Below are positions 43,891-54,981 of a DNA stretch of 64,000 bases, piece by piece (the stretch's first letter is position 1; each line of letters starts with the position of its first letter). A program made the translations under genes and the position numbers. The notes beneath the pieces are model-generated. The model had not been told where the DNA came from and searched no databases. It saw only the letters and a list, made by a program, of their open reading frames with translations. The stretch comes from Alphaproteobacteria bacterium. GTDB lineage: Bacteria > Pseudomonadota > Alphaproteobacteria > UBA8366 > Aestuariispiraceae. Location: NCBI GenBank assembly GCA_030065235.1, contig JASJDC010000006.1, positions 32,535-96,534 on the forward strand. Reading direction: 5' to 3'.

Positions 43891-45273
43891 ATGGCGGCTG
43901 GGTGGAAAACTGACAGTTGGCGATCCAAGACGGCGTTGCAAACGCCGGATTATCCGGACGCGGCGGCGCTGCGTTCGGTGGAGGATACGCTGGCCAACTA
44001 TCCGCCGCTGGTTTTCGCCGGCGAGGCGCGCCAGTTGCGCGCTGATCTGGCCCGTGTCGCCAATGGCGAGGCTTTTCTGCTGCAGGGCGGGGATTGCGCC
44101 GAAAGCTTCGCGGAATTCAGCGCCAATAACATCCGCGACACGTTCAAGGTCATGCTGCAGATGGCGATCGTCCTGACCTTTGGCGCGGCGCTGCCGATCG
44201 TGAAGGTCGGCCGCATGGCCGGCCAGTTCGCCAAACCGCGCTCGGCCGGGACCGAAGTTATCGACGGCGTCGAACTGCCGAGCTACCGCGGCGACATCAT
44301 CAATGGCATCGATTTCAGCGGCGCCGCCCGGACTCCGGACCCCAACCGGATGGTCAGCGCCTATCATCAGGCTTCGGCCACCCTGAATCTGCTGCGCGCC
44401 TTCGCTGGCGGCGGTCTTGCCGATGTGCATCAGGTGCACCGCTGGAACCTCGATTTCGTCAAGGGGAGCCCGCAGGCCGAGCGCTACCGCGAGTTGGCTG
44501 ATCGTTTGACAGAGGCCCTGGACTTCATGTCGGCCTGCGGCGTGACGCCGGAGAGCGTGCCGCAACTGGCCGAGACGGATCTCTACACCAGCCACGAAGC
44601 CTTGTTGCTCTGGTACGAACAGGCGCTGACCCGGCAGGACAGTCTCAGCGGCGATTGGTATGATTGTTCGGCCCACATGCTCTGGATCGGCGACCGAACC
44701 CGGCAGCTGGACGGCGCGCATGTCGAATTCCTGCGCGGCGTCGAAAACCCGATCGGCATGAAATGCGGTCCGTCGCTGGACCCCGATGATATGCTGCGGC
44801 TGATCGACGCTTTGAACCCGGCCAACGATCCTGGACGGCTGACGCTGATCGCGCGCATGGGCCACGACAATGTCGAGAAGCATCTGCCGCCCCTGATCCG
44901 CGCCGTCGAGCGTGAGGGCAAAAGGGTCGTCTGGTCTTCTGATCCGATGCACGGCAACACGATCAAAGCCGATAGCGGATACAAGACGCGACCTTTCGAC
45001 CGGATCCTTGCCGAGGTGCGCAGCTTCTTCGACGTGCATGCGGCGGAAGGCACCCATGCCGGCGGCGTACATTTCGAGATGACTGGCCAGGACGTTACCG
45101 AATGCCTGGGCGGCGCGCAGGAGATACGCGATGAAGACCTGTCGGCGCGCTATCACACCCATTGCGACCCGCGGCTGAATGCGACGCAGGCGTTGGAGTT
45201 GGCGTTTCTGCTGTCGGAGACGCTGAAACTGTCCCGCAATGGTGAGCCGCGCCAGCTCAAAGCGGCGTCCTGA
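43891..45273 (+). CDS. 3-deoxy-7-phosphoheptulonate (DAHP) synthase, class II
   Basis: About 460 aa with [25 protein letters not shown] and DPMHGNT motifs characteristic of plant-type class II DAHP synthases. Confidence 0.88.
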   Translation: MAAGWKTDSWRSKTALQTPDYPDAAALRSVEDTLANYPPLVFAGEARQLRADLARVANGEAFLLQGGDCAESFAEFSANNIRDTFKVMLQMAIVLTFGAALPIVKVGRMAGQFAKPRSAGTEVIDGVELPSYRGDIINGIDFSGAARTPDPNRMVSAYHQASATLNLLRAFAGGGLADVHQVHRWNLDFVKGSPQAERYRELADRLTEALDFMSACGVTPESVPQLAETDLYTSHEALLLWYEQALTRQDSLSGDWYDCSAHMLWIGDRTRQLDGAHVEFLRGVENPIGMKCGPSLDPDDMLRLIDALNPANDPGRLTLIARMGHDNVEKHLPPLIRAVEREGKRVVWSSDPMHGNTIKADSGYKTRPFDRILAEVRSFFDVHAAEGTHAGGVHFEMTGQDVTECLGGAQEIRDEDLSARYHTHCDPRLNATQALELAFLLSETLKLSRNGEPRQLKAAS

Positions 45274-45389
45274 TCGGCGCGGCGAGAGGCTCTTCGTCGG
45301 GCGATTGGCGGTACGCAACGGGGGTGCGCGTGGGCGATCAGTCGAATGACAATGCGGATCTCGGGGCGGCGGAGCGTGTCAGCGTCGGC

Positions 45390-46562
45390 ATGAGCGACCG
45401 GGCGGTCAGCGCCTGGACAGACGTCTATTTCAATCGAACGCGCCAGGCGATCCGCAAGTTCGGCGACGCCCGGGTTACCTATGCGGTCTTCATGCGCCGC
45501 CCGGTTATCTCCGCCCCACGGCTGGCTGTCGAGTGGCTGCGCCGGATGGCGGTCGAGCGCGGCTGTGAGATCGAGATCGACCTGCGCTATCAGGAAGGAA
45601 GCTGGGTCGGGGCCGGCGAACCCTTGATGTATGTCTCAGGCTCGTTCGAGAATTTGGTCGATCTGGAGACGCTGCTGCTGCAGCGGATCGGGCCGGCCTG
45701 CGTCGCGGCCTACAACGCCTATTCCATGTGTATCGAATTGCCTACGGTTTCTTTCCTTGCCATGGATGCGCGGCATTGCGCCGGGTCGGACATGGCGGAA
45801 ATGATGGCGTATGCCGCGTCCGTCGGCTCGGACCGGGCGCGGCGCAAAGAGGGCGCCGTCGGCTTCATCGGCAACGCTACCGACGCCACCGCGCATTATT
45901 TCGGGCGTGAGAAGGGCCTGGGCACCATGCCCCACGCCTTGATCGGCTTCGCCGGATCGACCGTGCGGGCGGCCGAGATGTATCACGAGACCTTCCCGGA
46001 TCAGGATATCACGGTCCTGGTCGATTATTTCGGTCGGGAAGTGACGGATGCGTTGGCGGTCTGCGCCCGCTTCCCGGACCTGGCCGCCGCCGGCAGGCTT
46101 GGCGTGCGCATCGATACGCCGGGCGGCCGTTTCTGCGAAGGGCTGGACCCGGCGGCCAGCTATGCGGTTCTGGATCGAAACGCGCCGCGCGCGATCCGCG
46201 GCTACCGGACCGAGGATGAGTTGCGCCATCTTATCGGACCGGGCGTCTCCGGCGCTGCGATTTGGCACATGCGTGAGAGCCTCGATCAGGCCGGTTATCC
46301 GAAGGTCAAGATCGTCGCCTCGAGCGGCTTCAGTCCGGCCAAGTGCAAAACCATGGCGCTGACGGACGCGCCGATCGACGTCGTCGGCACCGGCAGCTAT
46401 CTGCCCGATCAGTGGCGCGAGACCTATGCGACCGCAGACATTGTCGAATATGACGGCGAACCGCGGGTTAAGGTCGGTCGTGAGTTCCTACTGCGCGACC
46501 TGCCGGAGGATCAAGGAGGCGCGTCCCCGGCCGCAAAGGCTGCCGAAACAGGCGGCGCCTGA
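45390..46562 (+). CDS. nicotinate phosphoribosyltransferase-like protein (type II PRTase fold, archaeal-type NAPRT-like)
   Basis: N-terminal TDVYFNRT, then GTMPHALI and GVRIDTPG motifs resemble the NAPRT/QPRT family. Assignment rests on motif memory only. Confidence 0.6.
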   Translation: MSDRAVSAWTDVYFNRTRQAIRKFGDARVTYAVFMRRPVISAPRLAVEWLRRMAVERGCEIEIDLRYQEGSWVGAGEPLMYVSGSFENLVDLETLLLQRIGPACVAAYNAYSMCIELPTVSFLAMDARHCAGSDMAEMMAYAASVGSDRARRKEGAVGFIGNATDATAHYFGREKGLGTMPHALIGFAGSTVRAAEMYHETFPDQDITVLVDYFGREVTDALAVCARFPDLAAAGRLGVRIDTPGGRFCEGLDPAASYAVLDRNAPRAIRGYRTEDELRHLIGPGVSGAAIWHMRESLDQAGYPKVKIVASSGFSPAKCKTMALTDAPIDVVGTGSYLPDQWRETYATADIVEYDGEPRVKVGREFLLRDLPEDQGGASPAAKAAETGGA

Positions 46563-46591
46563 TCCCGGTCCCCAACCACGGCGCCGCTGTT

Positions 46592-47455
46592 TCAGGCGCC
46601 GCTGTTTTTCGATGCGGCTGCGGTGGCCTCGACGCTGCGGCGGTCGATTTTGAGGCTCTCCAACGCCTGGGCGACCGTGCGAAGACTGGCGGCGCCATAG
46701 CGTTTGCGCAGACGCTCCAACGCGGCGTCATCCAGCAAAGACCGACCTAAATCAGCATAGAGCGAGTCTAACAGCATGTGAAACTCGATATCGCCGAACC
46801 GCCAATCGTCTTCGCCGGTCTCGGTCGCCGGCGGCATCGCCCGCTCGAAAATATCGATCATCCAGGCGCGGCGTTTCGGCACATCGTCGAAATAGCGGGC
46901 GATGTAAACCAGGATATCGGTGACCAGCACCCGCGCGCCGGCGTTGTCATAGAATCGCTTCCAATCGAACGCGTCGCCCTCCGTCCTACGGGTCTCATCG
47001 ATCAGTTCCTTGCAGCGCGCGCGATAATCCTCGAACAGATCCTCGCCGACCATTTGCATCAATGCGTAGAGAAAGCCGCTGATCGCCCGGCGCGAAAAAC
47101 TCTCGCCTTGCACGGCGTTGGTCCCGTGCGGGACCAACAGATGGTCGAACCGCTGCACGAGCAAACGCTCGAGGGGGAAGCGCCTTTGCCGGTCCCAGAA
47201 CTCGGTCGCTTGGATCGACGCCATCTCCGCCCAGGCGCTGCGCACCAAGTTCAACAGTTCTCGATTCTTTGACGGGGTTACGGTCTGGCGGACGGCTGTC
47301 AGATCACTGGTCTGGATTAGCCCGTCGCGAAAGGTCGCATGTTCTCGCAGCCGCTTATCGAGAATGCCATAGGCGGACTCAATGACCTCGGCGACCTTCG
47401 CGGGTCCGGGACCGAGCGCCGGTCCCTGATCCTTCGAATCCCCGTCCTCACTCAT
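46592..47455 (-). CDS. hypothetical protein (287 aa, helical, acidic)
   Basis: Good coding look (balanced composition, GC3-rich) but no recognisable motif. Lies between the NAPRT-like gene and nadE. Confidence 0.6.
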   Translation of the reverse strand: MSEDGDSKDQGPALGPGPAKVAEVIESAYGILDKRLREHATFRDGLIQTSDLTAVRQTVTPSKNRELLNLVRSAWAEMASIQATEFWDRQRRFPLERLLVQRFDHLLVPHGTNAVQGESFSRRAISGFLYALMQMVGEDLFEDYRARCKELIDETRRTEGDAFDWKRFYDNAGARVLVTDILVYIARYFDDVPKRRAWMIDIFERAMPPATETGEDDWRFGDIEFHMLLDSLYADLGRSLLDDAALERLRKRYGAASLRTVAQALESLKIDRRSVEATAAASKNSGA

Positions 47456-47621
47456 CCCAACTCTCTTTCGACGCGGCGGCGCGCGTCATCCCCCGACTTC
47501 CCCGCCACGACCTTGCGGCGGCTAGCATAGTCTTGATTCTCAGCCTGCAATAACCATAGTCGCGTTTTCCGAATGCACAAAGCGCGTTGATCCTCTCGCG
47601 CCGACACCGGGATGAGCGCGG

Positions 47622-49295
47622 ATGACCGACGTCCTGAAAATCGCCCTGTGCCAGATCAATCCCACGGTCGGCGCCATCACCGCCAATATCGACTTGGTGC
47701 GGCGTTTTAGGGCGCGCGCAGCGGAAGTCGGGGCCGATCTGGCGGTGTTTTCGGAATTGGCGGTCAGCGGCTATCCGCCCGAGGATCTGGTCCTCAAACC
47801 CTTTTTCCTGGACAAGATCGAAGAGGCGGTCGCGGTTCTGGCGGCGGAAACCGGGGACGGCGGCCCCGCCTTGTTATTGACGACGCCTTGGCGGCCGAAC
47901 CGAGAGGCCGCGGCGCGCCCGCGCAACGCTGTTATGTTGCTGCAGGCGGGCGAAATCGCCGCCGCGCGCTACAAGGTCGATCTTCCTGACTATGGGGTTT
48001 TCGATGAGCGGCGCGTCTTCGAACCGGGCGAAATGCCTGGTCCAATCAATTTCAAAGGCGTGCGTATCGGGGTTCCGATCTGTGAAGATATTTGGACCAG
48101 CGATGTGGTCGAGTGTCTGGAGGAATCTGGGGCTGAGTTGCTTCTGGTTCCGAACGGTTCGCCGTTTGAAACGGAGAAGCCGGACTTTCGAACACAACTC
48201 GTCGCGGCGCGCGTCGTCGAGAGCGGGCTGCCGATCGCCTATATCAATCAGGTCGGCGGTCAGGACGAGTTGGTGTTCGACGGCGGCTCCTTCGTCCTGA
48301 ACGCGGATTGCTCGCTCGCGCTTCAGGCGCCCTCCCATGAGGAGGCGATGATCCTGATGGAATGGAGCCGGGGGCCCGACGGGTGGCGCTGCGCGCCCGG
48401 CCCTAAGACGCCGCCGCCGGATCGGTTGGAAGCGATATACAGGACCTTGGTTCTCGGGCTGCGGGACTATGTTGAGAAGAACCGCTTCCCGGGCGTGGTT
48501 CTGGGCATGTCGGGTGGGATCGATTCGGCTCTTTCCGCCGCCGTCGCCGCCGACGCGTTGGGACCGGATTGCGTACATTGCGTGATGATGCCCTCGCCCT
48601 ATACCAGCGTGGAGAGTTTGGAAGACGCTGCGGAAGCGGCGCGCCTGTTGGGCGCCAGGCTTGACGAAATCGCCATCGAACCGGCGATGAGCGCGTTTCA
48701 ATTGATGTTGGCGCCGGTCTTCGAAGACCGCGCGCCCGATGAGACTGAAGAGAATATCCAGGCCCGCGCCCGCGGCCTGACCCTGATGGCGATTTCCAAT
48801 AAATTGGGCGCGATGCTGCTGACCACCGGCAACAAGTCGGAAATGTCGGTCGGCTACGCGACGCTTTATGGCGATATGTGCGGCGGCTATTCGGTCCTGA
48901 AAGACGTTTACAAGATGGACGTCTTCGCGCTCTCACGTTGGCGCAACGCGACCCGTCCTGACGGGTGTCTCGGGCCGAGCGGGCCGGTGATGCCGGAGCG
49001 GGTCATCGCTAAGCCGCCCAGCGCCGAGTTGAAGCCGGACCAGAAAGACGCAGACACGCTGCCGCCCTATGACGCGCTGGACGACATCCTGGCCTGCCTG
49101 ATCGAGGGCGAAATGGCGGTTTCCGAGATCGTCGAACGCGGGCACGCGCCGGAAACCGTGCAGCGGGTCTGGCGTATGCTGGACCTGGCGGAGTATAAGC
49201 GGCGACAGGCGCCGCCGGGCGTCAAAGTCAGCGCCCGCGCCTTTGGACGCGATCGGCGCTATCCGATCACCAACGCCTTTCGCACCATCCTCTGA
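47622..49295 (+). CDS. nadE: glutamine-dependent NAD+ synthetase
   Basis: N-terminal CN-hydrolase domain (IALCQINPTVG, ICEDIW) and C-terminal PP-loop GMSGGIDSAL. Confidence 0.9.
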   Translation: MTDVLKIALCQINPTVGAITANIDLVRRFRARAAEVGADLAVFSELAVSGYPPEDLVLKPFFLDKIEEAVAVLAAETGDGGPALLLTTPWRPNREAAARPRNAVMLLQAGEIAAARYKVDLPDYGVFDERRVFEPGEMPGPINFKGVRIGVPICEDIWTSDVVECLEESGAELLLVPNGSPFETEKPDFRTQLVAARVVESGLPIAYINQVGGQDELVFDGGSFVLNADCSLALQAPSHEEAMILMEWSRGPDGWRCAPGPKTPPPDRLEAIYRTLVLGLRDYVEKNRFPGVVLGMSGGIDSALSAAVAADALGPDCVHCVMMPSPYTSVESLEDAAEAARLLGARLDEIAIEPAMSAFQLMLAPVFEDRAPDETEENIQARARGLTLMAISNKLGAMLLTTGNKSEMSVGYATLYGDMCGGYSVLKDVYKMDVFALSRWRNATRPDGCLGPSGPVMPERVIAKPPSAELKPDQKDADTLPPYDALDDILACLIEGEMAVSEIVERGHAPETVQRVWRMLDLAEYKRRQAPPGVKVSARAFGRDRRYPITNAFRTIL

Positions 49296-49336
49296 CGGCG
49301 GCGGGGCGGTCAACAATTACAAACAGGTTCTAGTCC

Positions 49337-50704
49337 ATGTCTGCCAACGAACCGCGCACTCTACTCGATCAAGCCGTCCGGGTCCGTTTCGCGCCGAGCC
49401 CCACCGGCCGGATGCATGTCGGCAACGCCCGCACGGCGCTGATCAACTGGCTCTTCACCCGAGCGCATGGCGGCGAGATGCTTTTGCGGATGGACGATAC
49501 CGACGCCGAGCGCTCGACCAAGGAGAACGAGGATCAAATCTATAAGGACCTCGACTGGTTGGGGCTCGATTGGGACGATTTCGCGCGGCAGTCGGCGCGG
49601 CACGACCGCTATGATCTGGCGACCGACAAGCTGAAGGCAAGCGGCCGGCTCTACGCCTGCTATGAGACGCCGGAAGAATTGGAGCTGAAACGCAAAATCC
49701 AGCTCGGCCAGGGCCGGCCGCCGGTCTATGACCGCGCTGCGCTTGACCTGTCGCCGGAAGAGCATCAGGCCTTCCTCGCCGAGGGCCGCCAGCCGCACTG
49801 GCGCTTCAAATTGCTGGACGCGCCGGTGGCTTGGGACGATCTCGGTCGCGGGCATGTCCATTTCGAACCGGGCAGCCTGTCCGACCCAGTCCTGATCCGA
49901 AATGACGGAAGGCCGCTCTACACGATCAGCAGCGTCGTCGATGACGGCGAAACCCGGATCAGCCACGTCGTTCGCGGCGAAGACCATGTGGTCAACACCG
50001 CCGTTCAGGTTCAGTTGTTCGAGGCGCTGGATTTCCCGGTTCCCACCTTTGCGCATTTGCCTTTGATGGTGGGCGCCGACGGACGGGCCTTATCGAAACG
50101 GATCGGAAGTCTGGCGCTGCATGATTTGCGCGACCAGGGGATTGAGCCCAATACGATCAACGCCTATCTGGCGCATCTGGGCGCCTCGATCGCGCCGGAT
50201 GGGACCGAGGATCTGACCGCCCTGGTGAAGCGCTTTGACATCGCCGGCTATGGCCGCGCCTCGCCGCGCTTCGACATGAAAGAGCTTGAGGCGCTGAACG
50301 CCAAGGTGGTGCATCATCTGAGCTTCGATTCAGTCCGAAATCGTTTGGCGGCGGACGGATTAGCGGCGGCGGACGAAGCCTTCTGGAACGCCATTCGCGG
50401 CAATGTCGGCACTGTCGCCGGCGCCGGCCATTGGTGGCGCGTCGTCGCCGGCGAGATCGAGCCCTTAGTCGCTGATGAGGACCGCGCCTTCCTAAAGGAC
50501 GCGGCGGCGCATTTGCCCGACGGCCTCTGGGATCAGGATACGTGGGGCGTCTGGACCGGGGCTGTCAAACAGGCGACGGGCCGAAAGGGCAAGCAGTTGT
50601 TCATGCCGCTGCGCCGCGCTCTGACCGGCCGGGAACAGGGACCGGATATCAAGGATCTGTTGCCCCTGATCGACCGGGACCGGGTTCTCGCGCGGCTGTC
50701 CTAG
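49337..50704 (+). CDS. gltX: glutamate--tRNA ligase
   Basis: RFAPSPTGRMHVGNARTAL (HIGH-type motif) and ALSKR (KMSKS-type motif). Confidence 0.88.
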   Translation: MSANEPRTLLDQAVRVRFAPSPTGRMHVGNARTALINWLFTRAHGGEMLLRMDDTDAERSTKENEDQIYKDLDWLGLDWDDFARQSARHDRYDLATDKLKASGRLYACYETPEELELKRKIQLGQGRPPVYDRAALDLSPEEHQAFLAEGRQPHWRFKLLDAPVAWDDLGRGHVHFEPGSLSDPVLIRNDGRPLYTISSVVDDGETRISHVVRGEDHVVNTAVQVQLFEALDFPVPTFAHLPLMVGADGRALSKRIGSLALHDLRDQGIEPNTINAYLAHLGASIAPDGTEDLTALVKRFDIAGYGRASPRFDMKELEALNAKVVHHLSFDSVRNRLAADGLAAADEAFWNAIRGNVGTVAGAGHWWRVVAGEIEPLVADEDRAFLKDAAAHLPDGLWDQDTWGVWTGAVKQATGRKGKQLFMPLRRALTGREQGPDIKDLLPLIDRDRVLARLS

Positions 50705-51008
50705 CCATGGACCGTTGGAAACGATTTGCATTCCCGGCGCGCCCGCGACTAAACTCCGCGCGAACGGCCAATTTGAAAGGGACCGCGCCGATGGGCCGCC
50801 CGACGACATACGCGTCCAACGCCTCGATTATCTGCTGCATTATGGGCGGCCGCTGTTGCTGTTGATCTGATCGCAGCGCATACGGCGGCCGTGTTTTCAT
50901 CGCCCGCCGGTTTTCCGATCACGTATCAGTTTCTCCGGCGGCGCGCCTTCGACCGCATGGGTTCATTGCGCGCGTCCTTCAGCGCCGCGCTCCCGAAAGA
51001 AACAATTG

Positions 51009-52352
51009 ATGACCGTTCAGCTTTATAACACCGCGACTCGCCGCAAAGAGGACTTCACGCCGCTTGATCCCGCCGGCCGATCCGTCGGCATGTATGTCTG
51101 CGGGCCCACGGTTTATGACCTGATCCATATCGGCAACGCCCGCCCGCAAGTCGTGTTCGACACGCTCTATCGTCTGTTGAAGGCGCGCTACCAGACGGTG
51201 ACCTATGTCCGCAACATCACCGATGTCGAGGACAAGATCATTGCGAGGGCGAAAGAGCGTGGGATCTCGATCCGGGACCTGACAGACGAAACCATCGCAC
51301 AGTATCACCGCGACGTTGACGACCTCGGCTGCCTGACGCCGGAGGTCGAGCCGCGCGCCACCGATCATATCTCGCAGATGATCGCCTTGATCGAGCGTCT
51401 GATCGCGCGCGGCCACGCCTATGCGGCGGAGCGGCATGTGCTGTTCGACGTACCCTCGTGGCCGAATTATGGAACCTTCTCGAACCGCACGCGGGATGAG
51501 CAGATCGACGGCGCCCGAGTCGAAGTCGCACCCTACAAGCGCGATCCGGCGGATTTCGTTTTGTGGAAACCGGCGGAAGCGGCCGAGCAGGGCTGGGACA
51601 GTCCTTGGGGCTTTGGGCGTCCGGGCTGGCATATCGAGTGTTCGGCTATGTCGAGCCAGTATCTCGGCGAGAATTTCGATATCCATGGCGGCGGGATGGA
51701 CCTGATCTTCCCGCATCACCAGAACGAGGTGGCGCAAAGCTGCTGCGGCAATCCAGGCTCGGATTTCGCCCGCTACTGGGTCCATAACGGCTATGTCATG
51801 AGCGAAGGCGAGAAGATGTCGAAATCCATCGGCAACTTCTACACCGTGCGCGAATTGCTCGACGCCTTCCCTGGCGAGGCGCTGAGGCTCGTTCTGCTCA
51901 AGACGCAGTATCGGCAGCCGCTCGATTTCTCGAAAGCCAAGCTGCGTGAGGCGAAGGCGGAATTGGACCGTCTGTATGGCGTCCTGCGCGACGCGCCGAT
52001 CAAGGACGGGACGGGCGCTGTGTCGGACGGCGTGATGGCCGCACTGAGCGATGATTTGAATACGCCTGAGGCGCTGGCCGAATTGCACAAGCTGCGGGAC
52101 AAGCCGGCAGACCTGAAAGCCAGCGCCTATATGCTGGGCCTGTTGCAGCAGGAACCGGTCGCCTGGTTCCATGGCGGCGCGGGCGCGACCGGTCCCGATG
52201 TCGCCGAGATTGAGGCGCTGATCGACGAGCGTGTGGCGGCGAAACAGGCCAAAGACTTCGCCCGCGCCGATGAAATCCGGGACAGCTTGAAGGCGCGGGG
52301 CGTGGTGCTTGAGGACAAACCCGGCGGCGTCACCGATTGGCGCCGCGACTAG
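51009..52352 (+). CDS. cysS: cysteine--tRNA ligase
   Basis: [19 protein letters not shown] (HIGH) and KMSKSIGNF (KMSKS), plus zinc-site context WHIECS. Confidence 0.92.
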   Translation: MTVQLYNTATRRKEDFTPLDPAGRSVGMYVCGPTVYDLIHIGNARPQVVFDTLYRLLKARYQTVTYVRNITDVEDKIIARAKERGISIRDLTDETIAQYHRDVDDLGCLTPEVEPRATDHISQMIALIERLIARGHAYAAERHVLFDVPSWPNYGTFSNRTRDEQIDGARVEVAPYKRDPADFVLWKPAEAAEQGWDSPWGFGRPGWHIECSAMSSQYLGENFDIHGGGMDLIFPHHQNEVAQSCCGNPGSDFARYWVHNGYVMSEGEKMSKSIGNFYTVRELLDAFPGEALRLVLLKTQYRQPLDFSKAKLREAKAELDRLYGVLRDAPIKDGTGAVSDGVMAALSDDLNTPEALAELHKLRDKPADLKASAYMLGLLQQEPVAWFHGGAGATGPDVAEIEALIDERVAAKQAKDFARADEIRDSLKARGVVLEDKPGGVTDWRRD

Positions 52353-52387
52353 GCGGGCGGATAAGAAGCGATCCGCTTCGGGGGAAA

Positions 52388-53983
52388 ATGATGAGCGATC
52401 GAGTTTACCTGTTTGACACAACCTTAAGAGATGGCGCGCAAACCCAGGGCGTTGATTTCACGGTCGCCGACAAGACGGCGATTGCGACCGCGTTGGACGC
52501 TTTGGGCATCGACTATATCGAGGGCGGCTGGCCAGGCGCAAACCCGACAGACACGGCCTTTTTCGACCGGCCGCCGGTGTTGAACAACGCGACACTGGTC
52601 GCTTTCGGCATGACGCGTCGGCCCGGCCGCAGCGCCGAGAACGATCCGGGCCTGGCGGCGATCCTAAACGCAAGAGCAGACGCCGCTTGTCTTGTCGGCA
52701 AGAGCTGGGATTTCCATGTCGATGTCGCGCTTGATATATCTCAGGATGAGAATATCGCCATGATCCGCGACAGCGTCGCCGTGGCCCATACGCGGATGGG
52801 CGAGGCGATGTATGACGCCGAGCATTTCTTCGACGGCTACAAGGCCAACCCGGATTTCGCTTTGGGCTGCGTCAAGGCGGCGATGGAGGCCGGGGCGCGT
52901 TGGGTTGTCTTATGCGACACGAATGGCGGGACCCTGCCGCATGAGGTCTTCGAGATCGTCTCCGAGGTGGTCAAATATGTTCCCGGCGACCGGTTGGGCA
53001 TCCACGCCCATAACGACACCGAGAACGCGGTCGCCAACAGCCTGGCGGCGGTGCGCGCCGGGGCGCGTCAGATCCAGGGCACGTTGAACGGGTTGGGAGA
53101 ACGCTGCGGCAACGCCAATCTTGTCTCGATCATTCCCTCCCTGGTCCTGAAAATGGGCTGCGAGACCGGCCTGCGCGAGGGCGCGCTGACGCAACTGACC
53201 CATGTCTCCCGTCTGTTGGACGAGCGGCTGAACCGGGCGCCGAACCGGCATGCGGCCTATGTCGGCGAGGCGGCCTTCGCTCATAAGGGCGGGCTGCATG
53301 TCTCGGCGGTGACCAAGGATCCGCGCACCTATGAACACATCGAGCCCCGGCTGGTGGGGAATGAGCGGATCATCGTCGTCTCCGATCAGGCCGGTCGGTC
53401 CAATATTCTCGCTCGCTTGGCGGAACTGGGCGTCGTCATCGAGGATGAAAAAACTATCGCCCGGCTCTTGGAGGTCGTCAAAGAGAAGGAATTCGCCGGT
53501 TACGCCTATGACGGCGCCGATGCGAGTTTCGAATTGCTGGCCCGGCAGGTGATGGGCGAGGCGCCGCGTTCCTTTGAAACCGACCGGTTCCGCGTCACGG
53601 ACGACCGACGCCACAATGCGCGCGGCGTCCTGGTGACCGAATCCGAAGCGACGGTCACGGTGTCGGTGAAAGGTCAGAAACTGATGCGGGTCGCCATGGG
53701 CAACGGCCCGGTCAACGCGCTCGACAACGCCCTGCGCGAGGCTTTGGTCACCTTTTACCCGTTGATCGGCGCGATGAAGCTGGTCGACTTTAAGGTGCGG
53801 ATCATGCCCTTGCGCGGCGACACGGCGGGCACGGACGCGGTGACGCGGACGATGATCGAAAGCATGGACGGCGAGGGCCGCCGTTTTGTCACCGTCGGCG
53901 TCTCCCCAAACGTCATCGACAGCTCCTACATCGCCCTCCGCGACGCCTACGAGTATATGTTGTTCAAGTCGGGTGCGGCCTGA
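52388..53983 (+). CDS. cimA: citramalate synthase / LeuA-related aldolase-type TIM barrel enzyme
   Basis: LFDTTLRDGAQTQGV, HAHNDTENAVANSLAAV and about 530 aa with the C-terminal regulatory domain of the CimA subgroup. ATG 52388 follows GGGGGAAA. Confidence 0.8.
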   Translation: MMSDRVYLFDTTLRDGAQTQGVDFTVADKTAIATALDALGIDYIEGGWPGANPTDTAFFDRPPVLNNATLVAFGMTRRPGRSAENDPGLAAILNARADAACLVGKSWDFHVDVALDISQDENIAMIRDSVAVAHTRMGEAMYDAEHFFDGYKANPDFALGCVKAAMEAGARWVVLCDTNGGTLPHEVFEIVSEVVKYVPGDRLGIHAHNDTENAVANSLAAVRAGARQIQGTLNGLGERCGNANLVSIIPSLVLKMGCETGLREGALTQLTHVSRLLDERLNRAPNRHAAYVGEAAFAHKGGLHVSAVTKDPRTYEHIEPRLVGNERIIVVSDQAGRSNILARLAELGVVIEDEKTIARLLEVVKEKEFAGYAYDGADASFELLARQVMGEAPRSFETDRFRVTDDRRHNARGVLVTESEATVTVSVKGQKLMRVAMGNGPVNALDNALREALVTFYPLIGAMKLVDFKVRIMPLRGDTAGTDAVTRTMIESMDGEGRRFVTVGVSPNVIDSSYIALRDAYEYMLFKSGAA

Positions 53984-53992
53984 CGGGCGCGG

Positions 53993-54877
53993 CTACGCCG
54001 TCAAGACACGCCCGGCGACCGCGTCCAGTTTCGCGACCAAGGCGGGATCCCGTGCGTCGGGCGCGGTCATAATCGCCATGTCGAGGCAGCGGTCAGTCCC
54101 GCATGTCGGTTCGGTGTCGCGCTTGTTCAGGTTCTCGATCACGAATTTGGTCAGGTCCTTGGCCCGCGCGGCGTTCTTCTGCATCGTGCGCACGACCAGG
54201 GCGACATCGACGCTATCATGGTCCGGATGCCAGCAATCATAGTCGGTGACCATGGCGACGGTAGCGTATCGAATCTCCGCCTCGCGCGCCAGTTTCGCTT
54301 CGGGCATGTTGGTCATGCCGATCACATGCGCGCCCCAGGACCGGTAAAGCTCGCTTTCCGCCAGGGTTGAGAATTGCGGTCCTTCCATCACCACATAGGT
54401 CCCGCCCCGGTGATAGCCGCCGTCCGCGTCACTCTGCGTCCGGAGCCCGTCCTCCAGAATATCCATCAGCCAGGCGCTGGTTGGGTGCGACAGCGGCACA
54501 TGGCCGACGCAGCCGGGACCGAAGAAGCTTTTCTCCCGCGCAAAGGTGCGGTCGATGAACTGATCCACCAGTACGAAATCGCCGGGCGGCATTTCCTCGC
54601 GCAAGGATCCGACGGCGGAGAGCGAGATAATGTCGGTGACGCCGCAGCGTTTCAGCGCGTCGATATTCGCCCGATAGTTGATGCTGCTGGGCGACTGCAC
54701 ATGGCCGCGCCCATGACGCGGCAGGAAAAAGACATCGGTCCCCGCCATGCTTCCGGCGAAGATCTGGTCCGACGGCGCGCCCCAGGGGCTATCCACCATC
54801 TTCCAATGCGCGCCTTCCAGGCCGTCAATGTCGTACAGGCCGCTGCCGCCGATCACGCCGAGAGATTTCTTCGCCAT
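53993..54877 (-). CDS. mtnP: S-methyl-5'-thioadenosine phosphorylase
   Basis: GVIGGSGLY, FLPRHGRGH, GMTNMPEAKLAREAE motifs of the MTAP/PNP family. Confidence 0.88.
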   Translation of the reverse strand: MAKKSLGVIGGSGLYDIDGLEGAHWKMVDSPWGAPSDQIFAGSMAGTDVFFLPRHGRGHVQSPSSINYRANIDALKRCGVTDIISLSAVGSLREEMPPGDFVLVDQFIDRTFAREKSFFGPGCVGHVPLSHPTSAWLMDILEDGLRTQSDADGGYHRGGTYVVMEGPQFSTLAESELYRSWGAHVIGMTNMPEAKLAREAEIRYATVAMVTDYDCWHPDHDSVDVALVVRTMQKNAARAKDLTKFVIENLNKRDTEPTCGTDRCLDMAIMTAPDARDPALVAKLDAVAGRVLTA

Positions 54878-54981
54878 CTGTCCGCCTTTCCCATCATCTC
54901 AGGGCTAGAATCGCCATACAACCGGTTCGGTCAAGCGCCGCTCGTCGCGATTGGGCGGGGACTTGAAGAGAGGAGCCGCCT

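Noticed and set aside
42005-45318. Two very long minus-strand ORFs (529 aa and 580 aa)
   Set aside because: Antisense to gor and to the class II DAHP synthase, both of which carry diagnostic motifs. Composition is Arg-rich and low-complexity.
46580-46607. 13-mer ggcgccgctgttt duplicated 15 bp apart across the stop codon of the 46592-47455 gene
   Set aside because: Real but tiny. No structure or coding consequence I can support. Probably a trivial slippage duplication.
50649-50900. 83-aa minus-strand ORF in the gltX-cysS spacer
   Set aside because: Overlaps the gltX 3' end, has a Gln/Arg-rich N-terminus, and has no RBS or motif. The 300-bp spacer is left unannotated.
50979-52421. 480-aa ORF on the minus strand
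   Set aside because: Exactly antisense to cysS, which has unmistakable HIGH/KMSKS motifs. The product is Arg/Ala/Gly-rich with no motif, a typical high-G+C shadow ORF.
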